DNA of 64,000 nt from Verrucomicrobiota bacterium (GTDB lineage Bacteria; Verrucomicrobiota; Verrucomicrobiia; Limisphaerales; UBA11320), in contig JACQFQ010000011.1 of the NCBI GenBank assembly GCA_016199985.1, positions 28,168 through 92,167 on the forward strand, in the 5' to 3' direction. A program made the translations under genes and the position numbers. Shown here one piece after another: positions 34,286 through 44,477 of this stretch. Below the pieces are notes generated by a model. That model searched no databases. It had not been told where the DNA came from and was given only the letters and a program-made list of their open reading frames with translations. Numbering within the stretch: the stretch's first letter is position 1; every line of letters begins with the position of its first letter.

Positions 34286-35800
34286 CTATCGCTGTCTTCC
34301 CCGTTTCCAAACCACATAGACGCCCGTGAGCTTGTCGTGCCAGGACTGCTTGCGCGTGTCCCATGCCGCCCAGATGAACCCCAGCCCCAGCGGAAGCGCG
34401 GAGAGAAACGCGGCGAGGCAGCGGGTGGTCGCGGTCTTGAATTGAATCGGAGATCCATCCCTCTCGCAGAGCATGCTGCCGATGACCTTCCCTCCGATCG
34501 TCGCCCCGCTCCAGGTCCATAGCGCGATGTGATAGCCCATCCAGAGGAGCATCCAGGACTTCCCTTCAAGTCCAACAGCCTGGGCGACCGCGGCGATGAG
34601 GATGAAGTCGAGCAGCGTGGCGACGGTTCGCATGAAGAACCCCACGGGAGGCATCGCGTCCGCGGGCAACGCCGGAAAGGCGGGGGGGAGGCTCGACGTC
34701 GGAGCCGACGTGCCCGCGCCTGCGTCTGAAGGAACCGCGGCGCTCATCGCTTGAGGCGCGCGCTTCGGGCGCAGAGCCCGACCCGTCGCCATCAGCAGCG
34801 ATCCCATCGCCATCGGGAGCATCCCAAACCAGATCACGAGCCCAAGGAAAGGCACCATGTACAGCAGGCAGAACACGACGGACCCAACGAGCAGTCCCGC
34901 GATCGGCCGGTGGAGAAAGGGCCAGCCGAGTTCGCGCGTGGCCTGAAGGCCGACGAATTGCACGACAACCATCCGGCCAAAGAACAGTCCGAGCGCCACC
35001 GCGAACAGCAGCAGGAATCCGATCCCCACGGCTCCGAGGATCACGAGAAGCGGCGTCAGCAGGAGCAGGAAGAACAGCGCGATCAGGCCGATCAGGTAGG
35101 AGAGGATGGGGCGATCCATCAAAGCGCTGACGCAGGCGCGAGTTGGGCCGGGCAGCACCAAACCCATCAACAGATACAAGAAGAAGAACACCGCGGGGAA
35201 GGTCCAGACCCAGGGAACTCTTGGCGGGAGGGGTCGCAGCCAGAGCGCGCCCTGGAGCGCCCAATCGGTGATTCCCTTCAGCACCGGCGTCGTGTCGGCC
35301 GAAAAGATATGGTTGTCCGAGCGCATTTGCGCCCCGGGCGACTGCGTCACTTTCCCCGCAATGACGGTTGCCGGACGTTTGAGTATCGCGGTGGGCAGCG
35401 CGTCCAGGTCGCCTCCGATCACCACCACCTCGCCGCGGATCCGTCCGCTCACTCTCAGGTTGCCGTTGACCACCACCACCGCCTCGCGCACATCGCCATC
35501 GACCTGCACATCCCCATTGATGACGGTGACGAATTTGACGCTTTCGTTCGGTCCGATGACGGCGTCTCTGCCGATCTGGACCACTTCGTGCAGGTGAGCC
35601 ATCGGTGTCGCGGGTCCATCCTGCGCCCGCGCGCGCAGGCCTTCGCTGAGAAGCCCCATGAGCGCCAATGCCATCGTCATCGGCAAGAACCAGCCGGCAA
35701 ACTCGCCCCGGACCCGCCTCGTTTCAGGCCAAGCGGAGACCGAGCTTGAGGGTCTTCGGTCGTGATCTATCGGATCGAATGCTGTTGTCGTGAAAGCCAT
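34286..35800 (-). CDS. Polytopic membrane protein with N-terminal bactofilin-like beta-helix segment and C-terminal RDD domain
   Basis: VINGDVQVDGDVREAVVVVNGNLRVSGRIRGEVVVIGGDL shows a polymer-forming/bactofilin-like repeat pattern. Multiple TM helices follow. The C-terminal RDD-family pattern is FFMRTVATLLDFIL...CERDGSPI...WDTRKQSWHDKLTGVYVV. Confidence 0.65.
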   Translation of the reverse strand: MAFTTTAFDPIDHDRRPSSSVSAWPETRRVRGEFAGWFLPMTMALALMGLLSEGLRARAQDGPATPMAHLHEVVQIGRDAVIGPNESVKFVTVINGDVQVDGDVREAVVVVNGNLRVSGRIRGEVVVIGGDLDALPTAILKRPATVIAGKVTQSPGAQMRSDNHIFSADTTPVLKGITDWALQGALWLRPLPPRVPWVWTFPAVFFFLYLLMGLVLPGPTRACVSALMDRPILSYLIGLIALFFLLLLTPLLVILGAVGIGFLLLFAVALGLFFGRMVVVQFVGLQATRELGWPFLHRPIAGLLVGSVVFCLLYMVPFLGLVIWFGMLPMAMGSLLMATGRALRPKRAPQAMSAAVPSDAGAGTSAPTSSLPPAFPALPADAMPPVGFFMRTVATLLDFILIAAVAQAVGLEGKSWMLLWMGYHIALWTWSGATIGGKVIGSMLCERDGSPIQFKTATTRCLAAFLSALPLGLGFIWAAWDTRKQSWHDKLTGVYVVWKRGRQR

Positions 35801-35814
35801 GCGTCAGCCCAGTT

Positions 35815-36294
35815 TTATTGTTCTTGTCCGGGAGCTGCCCACTGCCTGTAGACCCACCCTCCGACTCCGATGCATCCGAGGTAGCCGGCGGCCATGGCGA
35901 CACCGAGGGTCCACCAGATCGTGGAGGGAATGGTTCTGAGGATCGTCGCCGCCGCCTCGCTCATAACGCGCGTGATATTCCAGCCCGAACCCAGCACCGA
36001 CTCAGGCCCATACACCGCGCCTGCGGAAACTGAGAGCGAGCTCCATGAGCCGAGGCCGCGTTCGATCCAACTCAGAATCAACAGCGCGACCACCGCCGAC
36101 GCTCCCATCAATCCCGCTCGCGCGGCGAGGGGCCAATCCGCCGCCGGCTTCCGCCACCAAGGGAGGACAGCCTGGCGCGCCGCGATCTCACGCAGAACGC
36201 GCGGCGCGAGCGAGGGCGGGGCCTTCGGCGCGGGGAGCCGCCTCAGATACTCATGCAGCAAGGGATCCTCGGGCGTGTCAAATGGAGCAGACAT
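35815..36294 (-). CDS. Putative membrane anti-sigma factor
   Basis: It sits immediately downstream of the ECF sigma gene. The cytoplasmic N-terminus (LLHEYLRRLP...VLREIAAR) is followed by TM helices. The call rests on position. Confidence 0.5.
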   Translation of the reverse strand: MSAPFDTPEDPLLHEYLRRLPAPKAPPSLAPRVLREIAARQAVLPWWRKPAADWPLAARAGLMGASAVVALLILSWIERGLGSWSSLSVSAGAVYGPESVLGSGWNITRVMSEAAATILRTIPSTIWWTLGVAMAAGYLGCIGVGGWVYRQWAAPGQEQ

Positions 36295-36342
36295 AAAATG
36301 GTTTCAGTCGGTTCTCTTTCTGTTTTCCGCGGTCTTCGGCGT

Positions 36343-36909
36343 TCACGACGGAGTGTCCGGCGTCATGCCCTCGGGCCGGAGCTGCGCGCGCAGCAAGTGG
36401 CGCCGCAGCGCCTGGCGGCCCCGATGAATATCTGTTTTCACTTTGCTCAGCGACACATCCAATTCCTCCGCGATGGCCTCGTAGCTGAGCTCTTCAAAGT
36501 GATACAGGACCAGGGGGACCCGCTGCAGAGCCGGCAGCTGGGCCAAGCCCTGTTCCACCCACTGATGCCGGGCATCGGCGTCCCAGCGCTCGGAGGCGAG
36601 GTCTGGCGCGGGCAGGTTCGCGACGGGATCCGACGTCTCATCGCCCGGCTTCACGAGGTCTGAGAAGGTCTGCCATCGGGCTCGATGCCGCGTCAGATGA
36701 TTCAGGGCCAGGTTGCGGGTGACTGTCTTCAGCCATCCGCCCACTGTGGCGCTGCGGCTCAAAGAATCGAAATGAGCGTGCGCCTTCAGGAAAACCTCCT
36801 GGGCAATGTCCTGGGCTTCGGCGAAGTCGCCCAGAAGGCGGATTGCCGTGCCAAACACCATGTCCTGATAGGCTCTCATGAAAGCCTCGAACTGTTGCGG
36901 ATCATCCAT
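36343..36909 (-). CDS. ECF (sigma-70 family, group IV) RNA polymerase sigma factor
   Basis: Region 2: FEAFMRAYQDMVFGTAIRLLGDFAEAQDIAQEVFLKA. Region 4: LPALQRVPLVLYHFEELSYEAIAEELDVSLSKVKTDIHRGRQAL. Confidence 0.9.
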   Translation of the reverse strand: MDDPQQFEAFMRAYQDMVFGTAIRLLGDFAEAQDIAQEVFLKAHAHFDSLSRSATVGGWLKTVTRNLALNHLTRHRARWQTFSDLVKPGDETSDPVANLPAPDLASERWDADARHQWVEQGLAQLPALQRVPLVLYHFEELSYEAIAEELDVSLSKVKTDIHRGRQALRRHLLRAQLRPEGMTPDTPS

Positions 36910-37024
36910 CGGGCGCCGCGGAGCGCGTCCAGCTCATCACAGGGAAAGGACACGGGTGAAGGACAAAGAGTTGCGGCAAAGTTCTTCCTTCCCCAGCCTC
37001 CCGAGCTCGGCAGTATCGGTCCCG

Positions 37025-40000
37025 ATGCGCGCGCACTTTCTCCTGGGACCCGCCGGCAGCGGCAAGACGACTCGCTGCCTTGAGGAGATCCGCGTCGCGC
37101 TCGCCGATCCTTCTGGCGCCCCGTTGCTGATGCTCGCCCCCAAACAGGCCACCTTCCAGATCGAGCGCCAGATACTGTCCTTTCCCGATGTCGGCGGATA
37201 CACGCGCCTGCAGATACTGTCCTTTGAGCGTCTGGCCGAGCTGGCGCTGGAGAATCTGGACGGCGTTTCGCCTCCGCTCGTCGAGGAGGAAGGCCGGGTG
37301 ATGGTGTTGCGCGCGCTCCTCATGGAGCTGCAGCCTCGTCTTGCCGTGTTCCACGCCACGGCGCGCCTCCCTGGTTTTGCGAGGCAGCTCAGCGCCTTGC
37401 TGCGGGAGTGTCAGCGCGGACAAACGTCGCCCGCCAGGCTCCTCCAGCTCAGCGAGAGTCTCCGTTCCACGACGGGCGCGATCAGCGCGAAGCTCGAAGA
37501 TCTGGCTCTCATCCTCGACGCCTACGAACAGTGGCTGAAGAGCCAGGGGCTCCGCGACGCCTCACAGCTCATCGATCTGGCGACGGCGCGATTGCGCGAT
37601 TTTCGGGCGTCCGCCGCCCTCGGGCCGAGCGGATTTCAATCCGGAGCTCCTCTGCGATTCGACGGCGTCTGGCTCGATGGCTTCGCCGAGATGACGCCGC
37701 AGGAGCTCGACTTTCTCGCCGCTCTCCTCCCTTACGCCCGGCGCTCGACCCTCGCCTTCTGCCTCGATCACGCGCCCGAGGACGATCCCTCCTGGCTCTC
37801 GACCTGGGCGGTCGTCGGACAAACATTCCGACGTTGCTGGCAACGCGTCCACTCGTTGCCTGAAGCGGAGACGACGCTCCAGGTGCTGGGCCGCGACGCG
37901 GGACGGTCGCGCTACCGGTCGTCTCCGCCGCTGCGACGGCTTGAGTCGGAGTGGACGCGAGGGGCCGCCGGCGGCGGAGAGGCGATCGAGGACGTCGCCG
38001 AAGGACGAGTGGAGGATTCGCTGGCGCTGATCCGATGCGTGAACGTCGAGGCCGAGGCTGTGATGGCGGCGCGCGAGATCCTGCGCTTCGTGCGTTCACG
38101 GGGAGCTCGGTTTCGCGACACCGCGGTGCTGGTGAGATCGTTGGAGGACTATCACGCGACTGTCGGACGCGTCTTCTCACGCTATGGCATCCCTTTCTTC
38201 ATGGACCGCCGTTCTCCCGCGAGCCATCACCCGCTCGCCGAGCTCACGCGGAGCGCGCTCCGCGTCGTCGTGTTCGGCTGGCGACATGAGGATGTTTTTG
38301 GAGCGTTGAAGAGCGGTCTGACGGGATTGGACGAAGCCCACGTGGACCGCCTGGAGAACGCCGCGCTGTCGAACGGTTGGACCGACAAGGACTGGCTGGG
38401 CGTCTATCGCTGGGCCGCTGGCGCGGCGACGGCGGACACGTCCTGGATGGATCGCGCGCGCGACGAGTTTGTTCCCGTGCTTCGCCAGCTGGGCCAGCGC
38501 GTGGGAGATCCGCGATCGTCGCCTCCCTCGGGATCCCAGCTGGCGGCCGCGCTGCGCGAGCTCTACGAGGAGTTTCGCGTTCTGGAGCGACTTGAGCGGT
38601 GGAGCGAGAAGGAGGAGGTTCGATGGTCGCAGCCCACACGCGTGCATTTGACCGTCTGGGAAGAGGTGCAGTCCTGGCTGGATAATCTGGAGCGGGCCTT
38701 TGGGACGCGCGCCATGCCGATGCGCGAGTGGCTTCCGATTCTCGAGGCCGGCCTGGGCAGCCTGACGGTGGGCGTGGTGCCTCCGGCTCTGGATCAGGTG
38801 TTGGTCGGCGCCGTGGATCGTTCGCGGAATCCTGAGCTGCGGCTTGCCGTGGTGTTGGGAATGAACGACTCCGTGTTTCCCGCGATGGCGCAAGGCGGCA
38901 ATTTGCTCACCGAGATCGAGAGGGAACGCCTGGCCGCCGAGTCGGTGTTCCTCGGCGCCGGGCTTCGAAGGCAGGTCGGCCATGAGCGCTACTACGGTTA
39001 CATCGCGTGCACGCGCGCCTCGGAGCGCCTGGTGCTCAGTTGGTCGGCGACGGATGCCTCCGGCGGCGCGATGCTCCCCTCGCCGTTCGTCGACCAAGTC
39101 CGCGCCCTTTTTCCGACGCTGCGCCCCGTCGATTTTTCGGGGCGCGTGGACTGGTCGAGCTCCGAGCATCCTCATGAAATCGCCTCCGACTGGCTTGCGC
39201 GTTCCCGTGTGGTGAAGGGCGGGGAGGTTTGCCTTGAGGGCATCCCTTCCGAAACGGCGCGCCAGGGAATCGATCGTTTGCGATGGGGACCCCTGTTCTC
39301 GCGGTGGGGGGAGTTGCAGGGCGCCTCCCTGGGTTTGAGCGCGGACGCCGTGAACCGGCTGTATGGAACGCGCCTGATGACGTCGGTCAGCGCGCTCGAG
39401 GATTATGCGGCGTGCCCCTTCAAGTTTTTCGTCGCTCGGGGGCTCGGGGCGCGTGAGCGCGAGCTTTACGATCCGGATCATCGGGAACGAGGCAGCTTTC
39501 AGCACGAGCTGCTGCAACGATTTCACCAAAGCCTCGAAGCGGAGTCGAAGCGGTGGCGCGATATCGTCCCCGCCGAAGCCGCCCATCGCGTTCGCGCGCT
39601 CGGCGAAGCGATGAGGGCATCCTATCGAGGCGGGCTCTTCGACTCCTCCGCCGCGGCCAGGGCTCAGGGACGTGTGCTGATCGATCGCACGGCGGTGGTT
39701 GTGCAGGCGCTTGTGCGTTGGATGGAGAACTATTCGCTCGATCCGAAGTGGGTCGAGGCGGACTTCGGGATGACTCCCGACGGAACGCCCGGACTGGAGC
39801 TCCCGCTGTCGGATGGGCGGTCTGTGTATCTCCGCGGTAGGGTCGATCGTGTGGATGTCGGAGGCGCCGATGAGGCGGGCGTCGGGTTTGTGGTGATCGT
39901 CGATTATAAATCCTCGGGACGAAAGCTGGAGCCATTGAAGCTGGAGCATGGATTGCAGCTGCAGCTCCTTGCCTACCTGGCGGTCGCCACCCGGACTCCG

Positions 40001-40486
40001 GAGGCCGCGGCCCGGCTCGGCTACAAGCTGCTGCGACCGGCCGGCGCGTTCTACGTTTGCCTGAACCCTCAAAGCTCAGGCGTCAAGCATCGCGGCGACC
40101 GCGCGAACGGGGACGATGAGCGGGGTCCCAAGGCCTTGCAGCATCGGGGGCGATTCGATCAGCGATGGATCGAACTGCTCGATCGTCGATGTCCGCCCAT
40201 GCCCGGCCAGTTTTCCTTCCAACTCAACAAGGATGGCTCGTTCTCCAGGCGCGGCGGCGACGGCGTGGAATCCGGCGAGATGACCCGGCTGATGGATCGC
40301 GCGCTGGACCAGATTCGCGCTTTCGGAGAAGCGATTTTCCGGGGCGAAACGCAAGCTTCGCCGGTGGAGGTGAAGTCGGAGCGCGCCTGCGATCGTTGTG
40401 ATTATCGCTCGATCTGCAGGTTCGATCCCTGGGTGGATCGATTCCGCGTTCTCAACCTCGCCGCGACTCCCGGAGGCGACTCTTGA
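37025..40486 (+). CDS. addB: Helicase-nuclease complex subunit AddB (PD-(D/E)xK nuclease with Fe-S cluster)
   Basis: N-terminal P-loop LLGPAGSGKT. The C-terminal nuclease region has four Cys arranged as in AddB Fe-S staples (AACPFKFF ... ACDRCDYRSIC) and DRVD...VVIVDYKS. It lies directly upstream of addA with overlapping stop and start. Confidence 0.85.
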   Translation: MRAHFLLGPAGSGKTTRCLEEIRVALADPSGAPLLMLAPKQATFQIERQILSFPDVGGYTRLQILSFERLAELALENLDGVSPPLVEEEGRVMVLRALLMELQPRLAVFHATARLPGFARQLSALLRECQRGQTSPARLLQLSESLRSTTGAISAKLEDLALILDAYEQWLKSQGLRDASQLIDLATARLRDFRASAALGPSGFQSGAPLRFDGVWLDGFAEMTPQELDFLAALLPYARRSTLAFCLDHAPEDDPSWLSTWAVVGQTFRRCWQRVHSLPEAETTLQVLGRDAGRSRYRSSPPLRRLESEWTRGAAGGGEAIEDVAEGRVEDSLALIRCVNVEAEAVMAAREILRFVRSRGARFRDTAVLVRSLEDYHATVGRVFSRYGIPFFMDRRSPASHHPLAELTRSALRVVVFGWRHEDVFGALKSGLTGLDEAHVDRLENAALSNGWTDKDWLGVYRWAAGAATADTSWMDRARDEFVPVLRQLGQRVGDPRSSPPSGSQLAAALRELYEEFRVLERLERWSEKEEVRWSQPTRVHLTVWEEVQSWLDNLERAFGTRAMPMREWLPILEAGLGSLTVGVVPPALDQVLVGAVDRSRNPELRLAVVLGMNDSVFPAMAQGGNLLTEIERERLAAESVFLGAGLRRQVGHERYYGYIACTRASERLVLSWSATDASGGAMLPSPFVDQVRALFPTLRPVDFSGRVDWSSSEHPHEIASDWLARSRVVKGGEVCLEGIPSETARQGIDRLRWGPLFSRWGELQGASLGLSADAVNRLYGTRLMTSVSALEDYAACPFKFFVARGLGARERELYDPDHRERGSFQHELLQRFHQSLEAESKRWRDIVPAEAAHRVRALGEAMRASYRGGLFDSSAAARAQGRVLIDRTAVVVQALVRWMENYSLDPKWVEADFGMTPDGTPGLELPLSDGRSVYLRGRVDRVDVGGADEAGVGFVVIVDYKSSGRKLEPLKLEHGLQLQLLAYLAVATRTPEAAARLGYKLLRPAGAFYVCLNPQSSGVKHRGDRANGDDERGPKALQHRGRFDQRWIELLDRRCPPMPGQFSFQLNKDGSFSRRGGDGVESGEMTRLMDRALDQIRAFGEAIFRGETQASPVEVKSERACDRCDYRSICRFDPWVDRFRVLNLAATPGGDS

Positions 40487-43400
40487 ACGAGGGTTCGAAT
40501 CCTTTGTTCACCGAGGAACAGAGGCGCGCGATCGCGGCGAACGGGAATGTGCTTGTCGCGGCGGGCGCGGGAACCGGCAAGACCCGAACGCTGGTCGAGC
40601 GCTGCGTTCGACTGGTGGAGGAAGGCCACCCCGTGCGCGGGTTGCTCCTCGTGACTTTCACCGAGGCCGCAGCCGCCGAAATGAAGGCGCGTCTGCGAAC
40701 GGCGTTGCAGGCGAAGGCCGCGGCCGAGACGACGCCCGGATACCTGCACGAGCAGCTGGCCCTGCTGGATGGCGCGTGCATCGGCACCTTGCACGGCTTC
40801 TGCCTGCAGTTGATGCGAGATCATTTTTACGACCTCGCCATCGATCCTCAGGTGATCGTCCTCGACGAGGCCCAGACGCTGCCCATGATTCGCGAAGCGC
40901 TCGACGTATTACTGGATCCGTGGCTCGAGCGCAGCTCCCCGACCGACGCCCAGTCGCCCTGGGCGCTCCTCCTCGTGCAGTTCGGCAGTGATGCTGTGGC
41001 CGAGTTGCGCGAGGTGATTGTGAAGATCCATCGGTACGCCCAAGCTCTTCCGAACCCGATCGCCTGGTATGAGAGCCAGCTGAGGTCCTTCGCTTCCGAA
41101 GATCCTGCGCTGTGGCGGGCGCGGCTGGTGGCGGGGGTTTGCGAGTGGGCGCGCGAGTGGCTGCCGCGACTCGAGAGGACGGAGCGCTGTCCTCCGGTCG
41201 CCACCAGCCTGGGCGCTCTCCAATTGTTGACGAAGGACGGTCTCGTATGGGACTTGATCGATCAGGCGCTGCAACAGCTGAGCGTCGCCGACGCCTTGGC
41301 GTGGCCGAAGGGACGCAAGACCACTGTGCGCAGGCCTCTGGAGCCTTTCTTCCGCGACGTGGAGTTCCTCGGCTCCCTGTGCGGACAGGCCTCCGATGGC
41401 TCCCCGCTGTGGGAATCGGATTGGCGCGCCGTGCGTCCCGCCATGTCGCTATTGGTTTCGCTCGCCCGTGATTTTGGAGCCGAGTACGAGCGCGCCAAGC
41501 GAGAGTGGGGCGGGGTGGATTTCTCGGACTTGGAACAGAAGTGCCTGCGCCTTCTCATCGGAGAGGACGGCGAGCCCACCTCAATCGCGTTGCGGTGCCG
41601 GGAACGTTTCAGTCACGTCTTCGTGGACGAAGTCCAGGATATCAACGCGGCCCAGGACGCGATCATTCGCGCTGTGAGCCGCGAGGGGACGGACGCCAAC
41701 CGGTTCCTGGTCGGCGACGCGAAGCAAAGCATCTACCGCTTCCGGCTCGCCAATCCCGCCGTCTTTCGAAGGTATCAGGAAGCCTGGGCTCGGGAGACGA
41801 TCCCCGCCCCGGGCCAGGTGATCGCTCTGCGCGAGAACTTCCGGAGCCGCGAGGCGATTTTGAGCGCCGCGAACGCGTTGTTTGGATTCCTGATGCAACC
41901 TGATCTGGGCGGCATCGCCTATGATGAGCAGGCGCGGCTGCGGTTCGGAAGCGCGGCGCTTCGCGCTGAGCTCGGCGCGGAGCCGCGCCTTCCCTGCGTC
42001 GAATTGCGGGTCCTCCTGCCCGTCGATCCTCTCGATTCGACGGATCAGGGAGCGCCGGCTCCGGAGGGGGAGCCTGATGGGGAAGCGGTGGATGTGGAAG
42101 GCGTGGAGCGCGAGGCGCGCTGGACGGCTGGCAGGCTCAGGAGGATGCGGCTGGATCCTCAGGCGGTCTGGGAGGAACAGACGGGAGCGTTTCGTCCGGC
42201 GCGGTGGTCCGACATGGTGATCCTGCTTCGCGCGCCTGGCAGCAAGGTCGAGGCATTCGCCAAGGAATTCCATCGCGCGGGCATCCCCCTCATCGCGGAA
42301 CGCGGCGGTTTCTTCGCCAGCCAGGAGGTGCAGGATCTTCTCTCCCTTCTCGGCATCCTCGACAATCCGCTCCAGGACATTCCATTGCTCGCCGTGCTTC
42401 GATCTCCGCTTGTGGGATTCACGCTGGGTCAGTTGAGCGAGGTTCGAGCCGTGGAGCGCAAGGCGCCCTTCTGGATGGCCTTGATGGCGCTGGCGCAGCG
42501 CCCGCCCGCGAAGCTCGACCCTGAGGCGTCGGATACGGCGAAGCGTTGCGTTCAGTTTCTTCGGCAGCACGCGCGGTGGCGCGAAGCCATGCGCTTTTCA
42601 CCGTTGTCCGCCTGCCTGGAATCGATCCTGGCCGAGACTCAGTACGAAATCCTCCTGCGGGCCCAGTCGCGCGGGGAGGAGCGTCTGGCAAATGTGAGGC
42701 GTCTGCTCGATCTCGCCCGCCAGTTCGATCCGTACCAACGACAGGGATTGTTTCGTTTTCTCCGATTCATCGAGGCGCAAGAGGAGAGCGACCCGAACCA
42801 GGAGAACGGCGCCGCCGCGGCGATGGACGCCGTCAGGCTCCTGAGCGTTCACAAGAGCAAGGGCCTGGAGTACCCGATTGTCGTGGTGGCGGATCTCGCC
42901 AGGAAGTGGAATGCGAGGGATCTGACCCAGGAAATCCTGATTGATGAGGAGTTGGGTCTGTCGCCCCGCGTTGTGGACCCTGTTTCCGGATTGCGTTTTC
43001 CAAGCCCTGCCCAGTGGTTGGCGCGCCGGAGAGGCCGACGCGAATCCTTGGGCGAGGAAATCCGTCTGCTCTATGTCGCATTTACGCGAGCCAAGGATCG
43101 CCTGATCCTCGTCGGGTCCGCCAAGCCCAAAGGCTGGCAGCCGGAGGACGAGGAAGCCGATCCTTCCGCCGTGGAGGCCCATGACCCACTACGGGCGGAC
43201 GTTGTGGATATAGACCGGGCGAAGTCGACGCTCGACTGGCTCGCGATGTGGTGGAGAAGAGAACGACAAGGCCTCCTTTCGGGTGACGCGATGATTGGCG
43301 CTTCGCGGAATCTCCGATGGCATGTCAGCGCTGTCGATGCGGAAGAGCAGGCGGCATCCCCAGGGGGTGACGAGGATCCGCGTGAAGCCCGCAGCGTCGG

Positions 43401-44205
43401 GGAAGCCGCGCTTCCGGAGTTTGAGGAGGTATTGGCGCGTCTGAGTTGGACCTATCCTCACGCGAGCGCCGCGCGTGAACCGGCCAAGACGACTGTGTCC
43501 GCCCTACGACGTCGGGGGCGTGATCTGGACTCCGACGCCGCGGAGTCGGCGTGGGTTTCCCGGTCCGATGCCCGGCCGCGTCCATCGACTCAAAGGGCCT
43601 CGTCGGGCGCGATGTCCGCCGCGGAGCGCGGCACAGCCCATCATGCCTTCCTCCAGTGGCTGAATCTGGGTCGCGCCGAGAGCGCATTGGACCTGAGGAA
43701 CGAGGCCCATCGGCTTGTGGCCGCGGGCGTGTTGACGGAGGAGGAGGAGGAGGCTCTCGACTTCCGCGGGCTCGAGGCGTTTTGGTCGTCGGAGCTGGGT
43801 CGCGCGATACGCGATCGCCGGGAGAAGGTTCATCGCGAGGCCTCCTTCACCGCCCGAGTCTCCGTGGGGGACTTGCGTCGGATCGGAGCGCTGGGGATCG
43901 ACTCGGATCTCGCCGATGACGAGTTCGTGGTGGTGCAAGGCCAGATGGACCTCATTGTGATTCTCGACGAGGAGCTCTGGCTCGTGGATTTCAAGACAGA
44001 CTCCGTGAAGGACGAGGAAGTGGCGGCGAGAGCCGGGGACTATCGGACGCAAATTGCGGTTTATGCGCATGCGCTCCAGGCCATCTATCATCGGCCCGTG
44101 ACGCGCAGAGTTCTGTACTTTCTTGCCGCCCGCCAAGCCATGGAGCAGGGAGCGCAGAGCGAATTCAACCCAGAGGCGCGGGGGCGCGGCGCAGGCGGGG
44201 AATGA
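40483..44205 (+). CDS. addA: ATP-dependent helicase/nuclease subunit AddA (UvrD-like helicase plus RecB-type nuclease)
   Basis: TEEQRRAI...VAAGAGTGKT (motif I), FTEAAAAEM, FVDEVQD, VGDAKQSIYRFR, SVHKSKGLEYP, LLYVAFTRA. C-terminal nuclease GQMDLIV...LVDFKTD. The start is TTG 40483, overlapping the addB stop; the true start is uncertain. Confidence 0.9.
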   Translation: MNEGSNPLFTEEQRRAIAANGNVLVAAGAGTGKTRTLVERCVRLVEEGHPVRGLLLVTFTEAAAAEMKARLRTALQAKAAAETTPGYLHEQLALLDGACIGTLHGFCLQLMRDHFYDLAIDPQVIVLDEAQTLPMIREALDVLLDPWLERSSPTDAQSPWALLLVQFGSDAVAELREVIVKIHRYAQALPNPIAWYESQLRSFASEDPALWRARLVAGVCEWAREWLPRLERTERCPPVATSLGALQLLTKDGLVWDLIDQALQQLSVADALAWPKGRKTTVRRPLEPFFRDVEFLGSLCGQASDGSPLWESDWRAVRPAMSLLVSLARDFGAEYERAKREWGGVDFSDLEQKCLRLLIGEDGEPTSIALRCRERFSHVFVDEVQDINAAQDAIIRAVSREGTDANRFLVGDAKQSIYRFRLANPAVFRRYQEAWARETIPAPGQVIALRENFRSREAILSAANALFGFLMQPDLGGIAYDEQARLRFGSAALRAELGAEPRLPCVELRVLLPVDPLDSTDQGAPAPEGEPDGEAVDVEGVEREARWTAGRLRRMRLDPQAVWEEQTGAFRPARWSDMVILLRAPGSKVEAFAKEFHRAGIPLIAERGGFFASQEVQDLLSLLGILDNPLQDIPLLAVLRSPLVGFTLGQLSEVRAVERKAPFWMALMALAQRPPAKLDPEASDTAKRCVQFLRQHARWREAMRFSPLSACLESILAETQYEILLRAQSRGEERLANVRRLLDLARQFDPYQRQGLFRFLRFIEAQEESDPNQENGAAAAMDAVRLLSVHKSKGLEYPIVVVADLARKWNARDLTQEILIDEELGLSPRVVDPVSGLRFPSPAQWLARRRGRRESLGEEIRLLYVAFTRAKDRLILVGSAKPKGWQPEDEEADPSAVEAHDPLRADVVDIDRAKSTLDWLAMWWRRERQGLLSGDAMIGASRNLRWHVSAVDAEEQAASPGGDEDPREARSVGEAALPEFEEVLARLSWTYPHASAAREPAKTTVSALRRRGRDLDSDAAESAWVSRSDARPRPSTQRASSGAMSAAERGTAHHAFLQWLNLGRAESALDLRNEAHRLVAAGVLTEEEEEALDFRGLEAFWSSELGRAIRDRREKVHREASFTARVSVGDLRRIGALGIDSDLADDEFVVVQGQMDLIVILDEELWLVDFKTDSVKDEEVAARAGDYRTQIAVYAHALQAIYHRPVTRRVLYFLAARQAMEQGAQSEFNPEARGRGAGGE

Positions 44206-44264
44206 AACCGCGGATCGCGCGGATACCACGGATGGGAAAGCGATGGGAAACGAATCGTGCGTGA

Positions 44265-44474
44265 TACACTCGCGACAATGCAGGCGAGTTGGCAAAACAG
44301 TTGGTCTTCGATAAGTCGAAAGCCGTCCAAACTGCCGTGACCCAATACGGTACGAGGTTTAATCAAACAAGAAAAGTTGTTGGAGCTAACGGTAGAGCAA
44401 TACCGGTTAAGATCGCACCGATACGCGGGTCAGATGGCGTTGTGAGATTGGTTACCGCAGTCCCTGAAAAATAG
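44265..44474 (+). pseudogene. C-terminal fragment resembling a DUF6883-family protein (N-terminal half missing)
   Basis: The frame is open only from 44265 and has no ATG. AVTQYGTRFNQTRKVVGANGRAIPVKIAPIRGSDGVVRLVTAVP resembles, from memory, the DUF6883 C-terminus (..FGTRY.V.G.L..P.GR...V.TVW.....PRLVTAYP). Confidence 0.35.
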
Positions 44475-44477
44475 ACC

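Noticed and set aside
40395-40520. Two tRNA T-arm-like motifs, GGTTCGATCCC at ~40427 and GGTTCGAATCC at ~40495, near the addB/addA junction.
   Set aside because: I could not fold acceptor, D or anticodon arms around either motif, and both lie inside well-supported coding sequence. They are chance matches.
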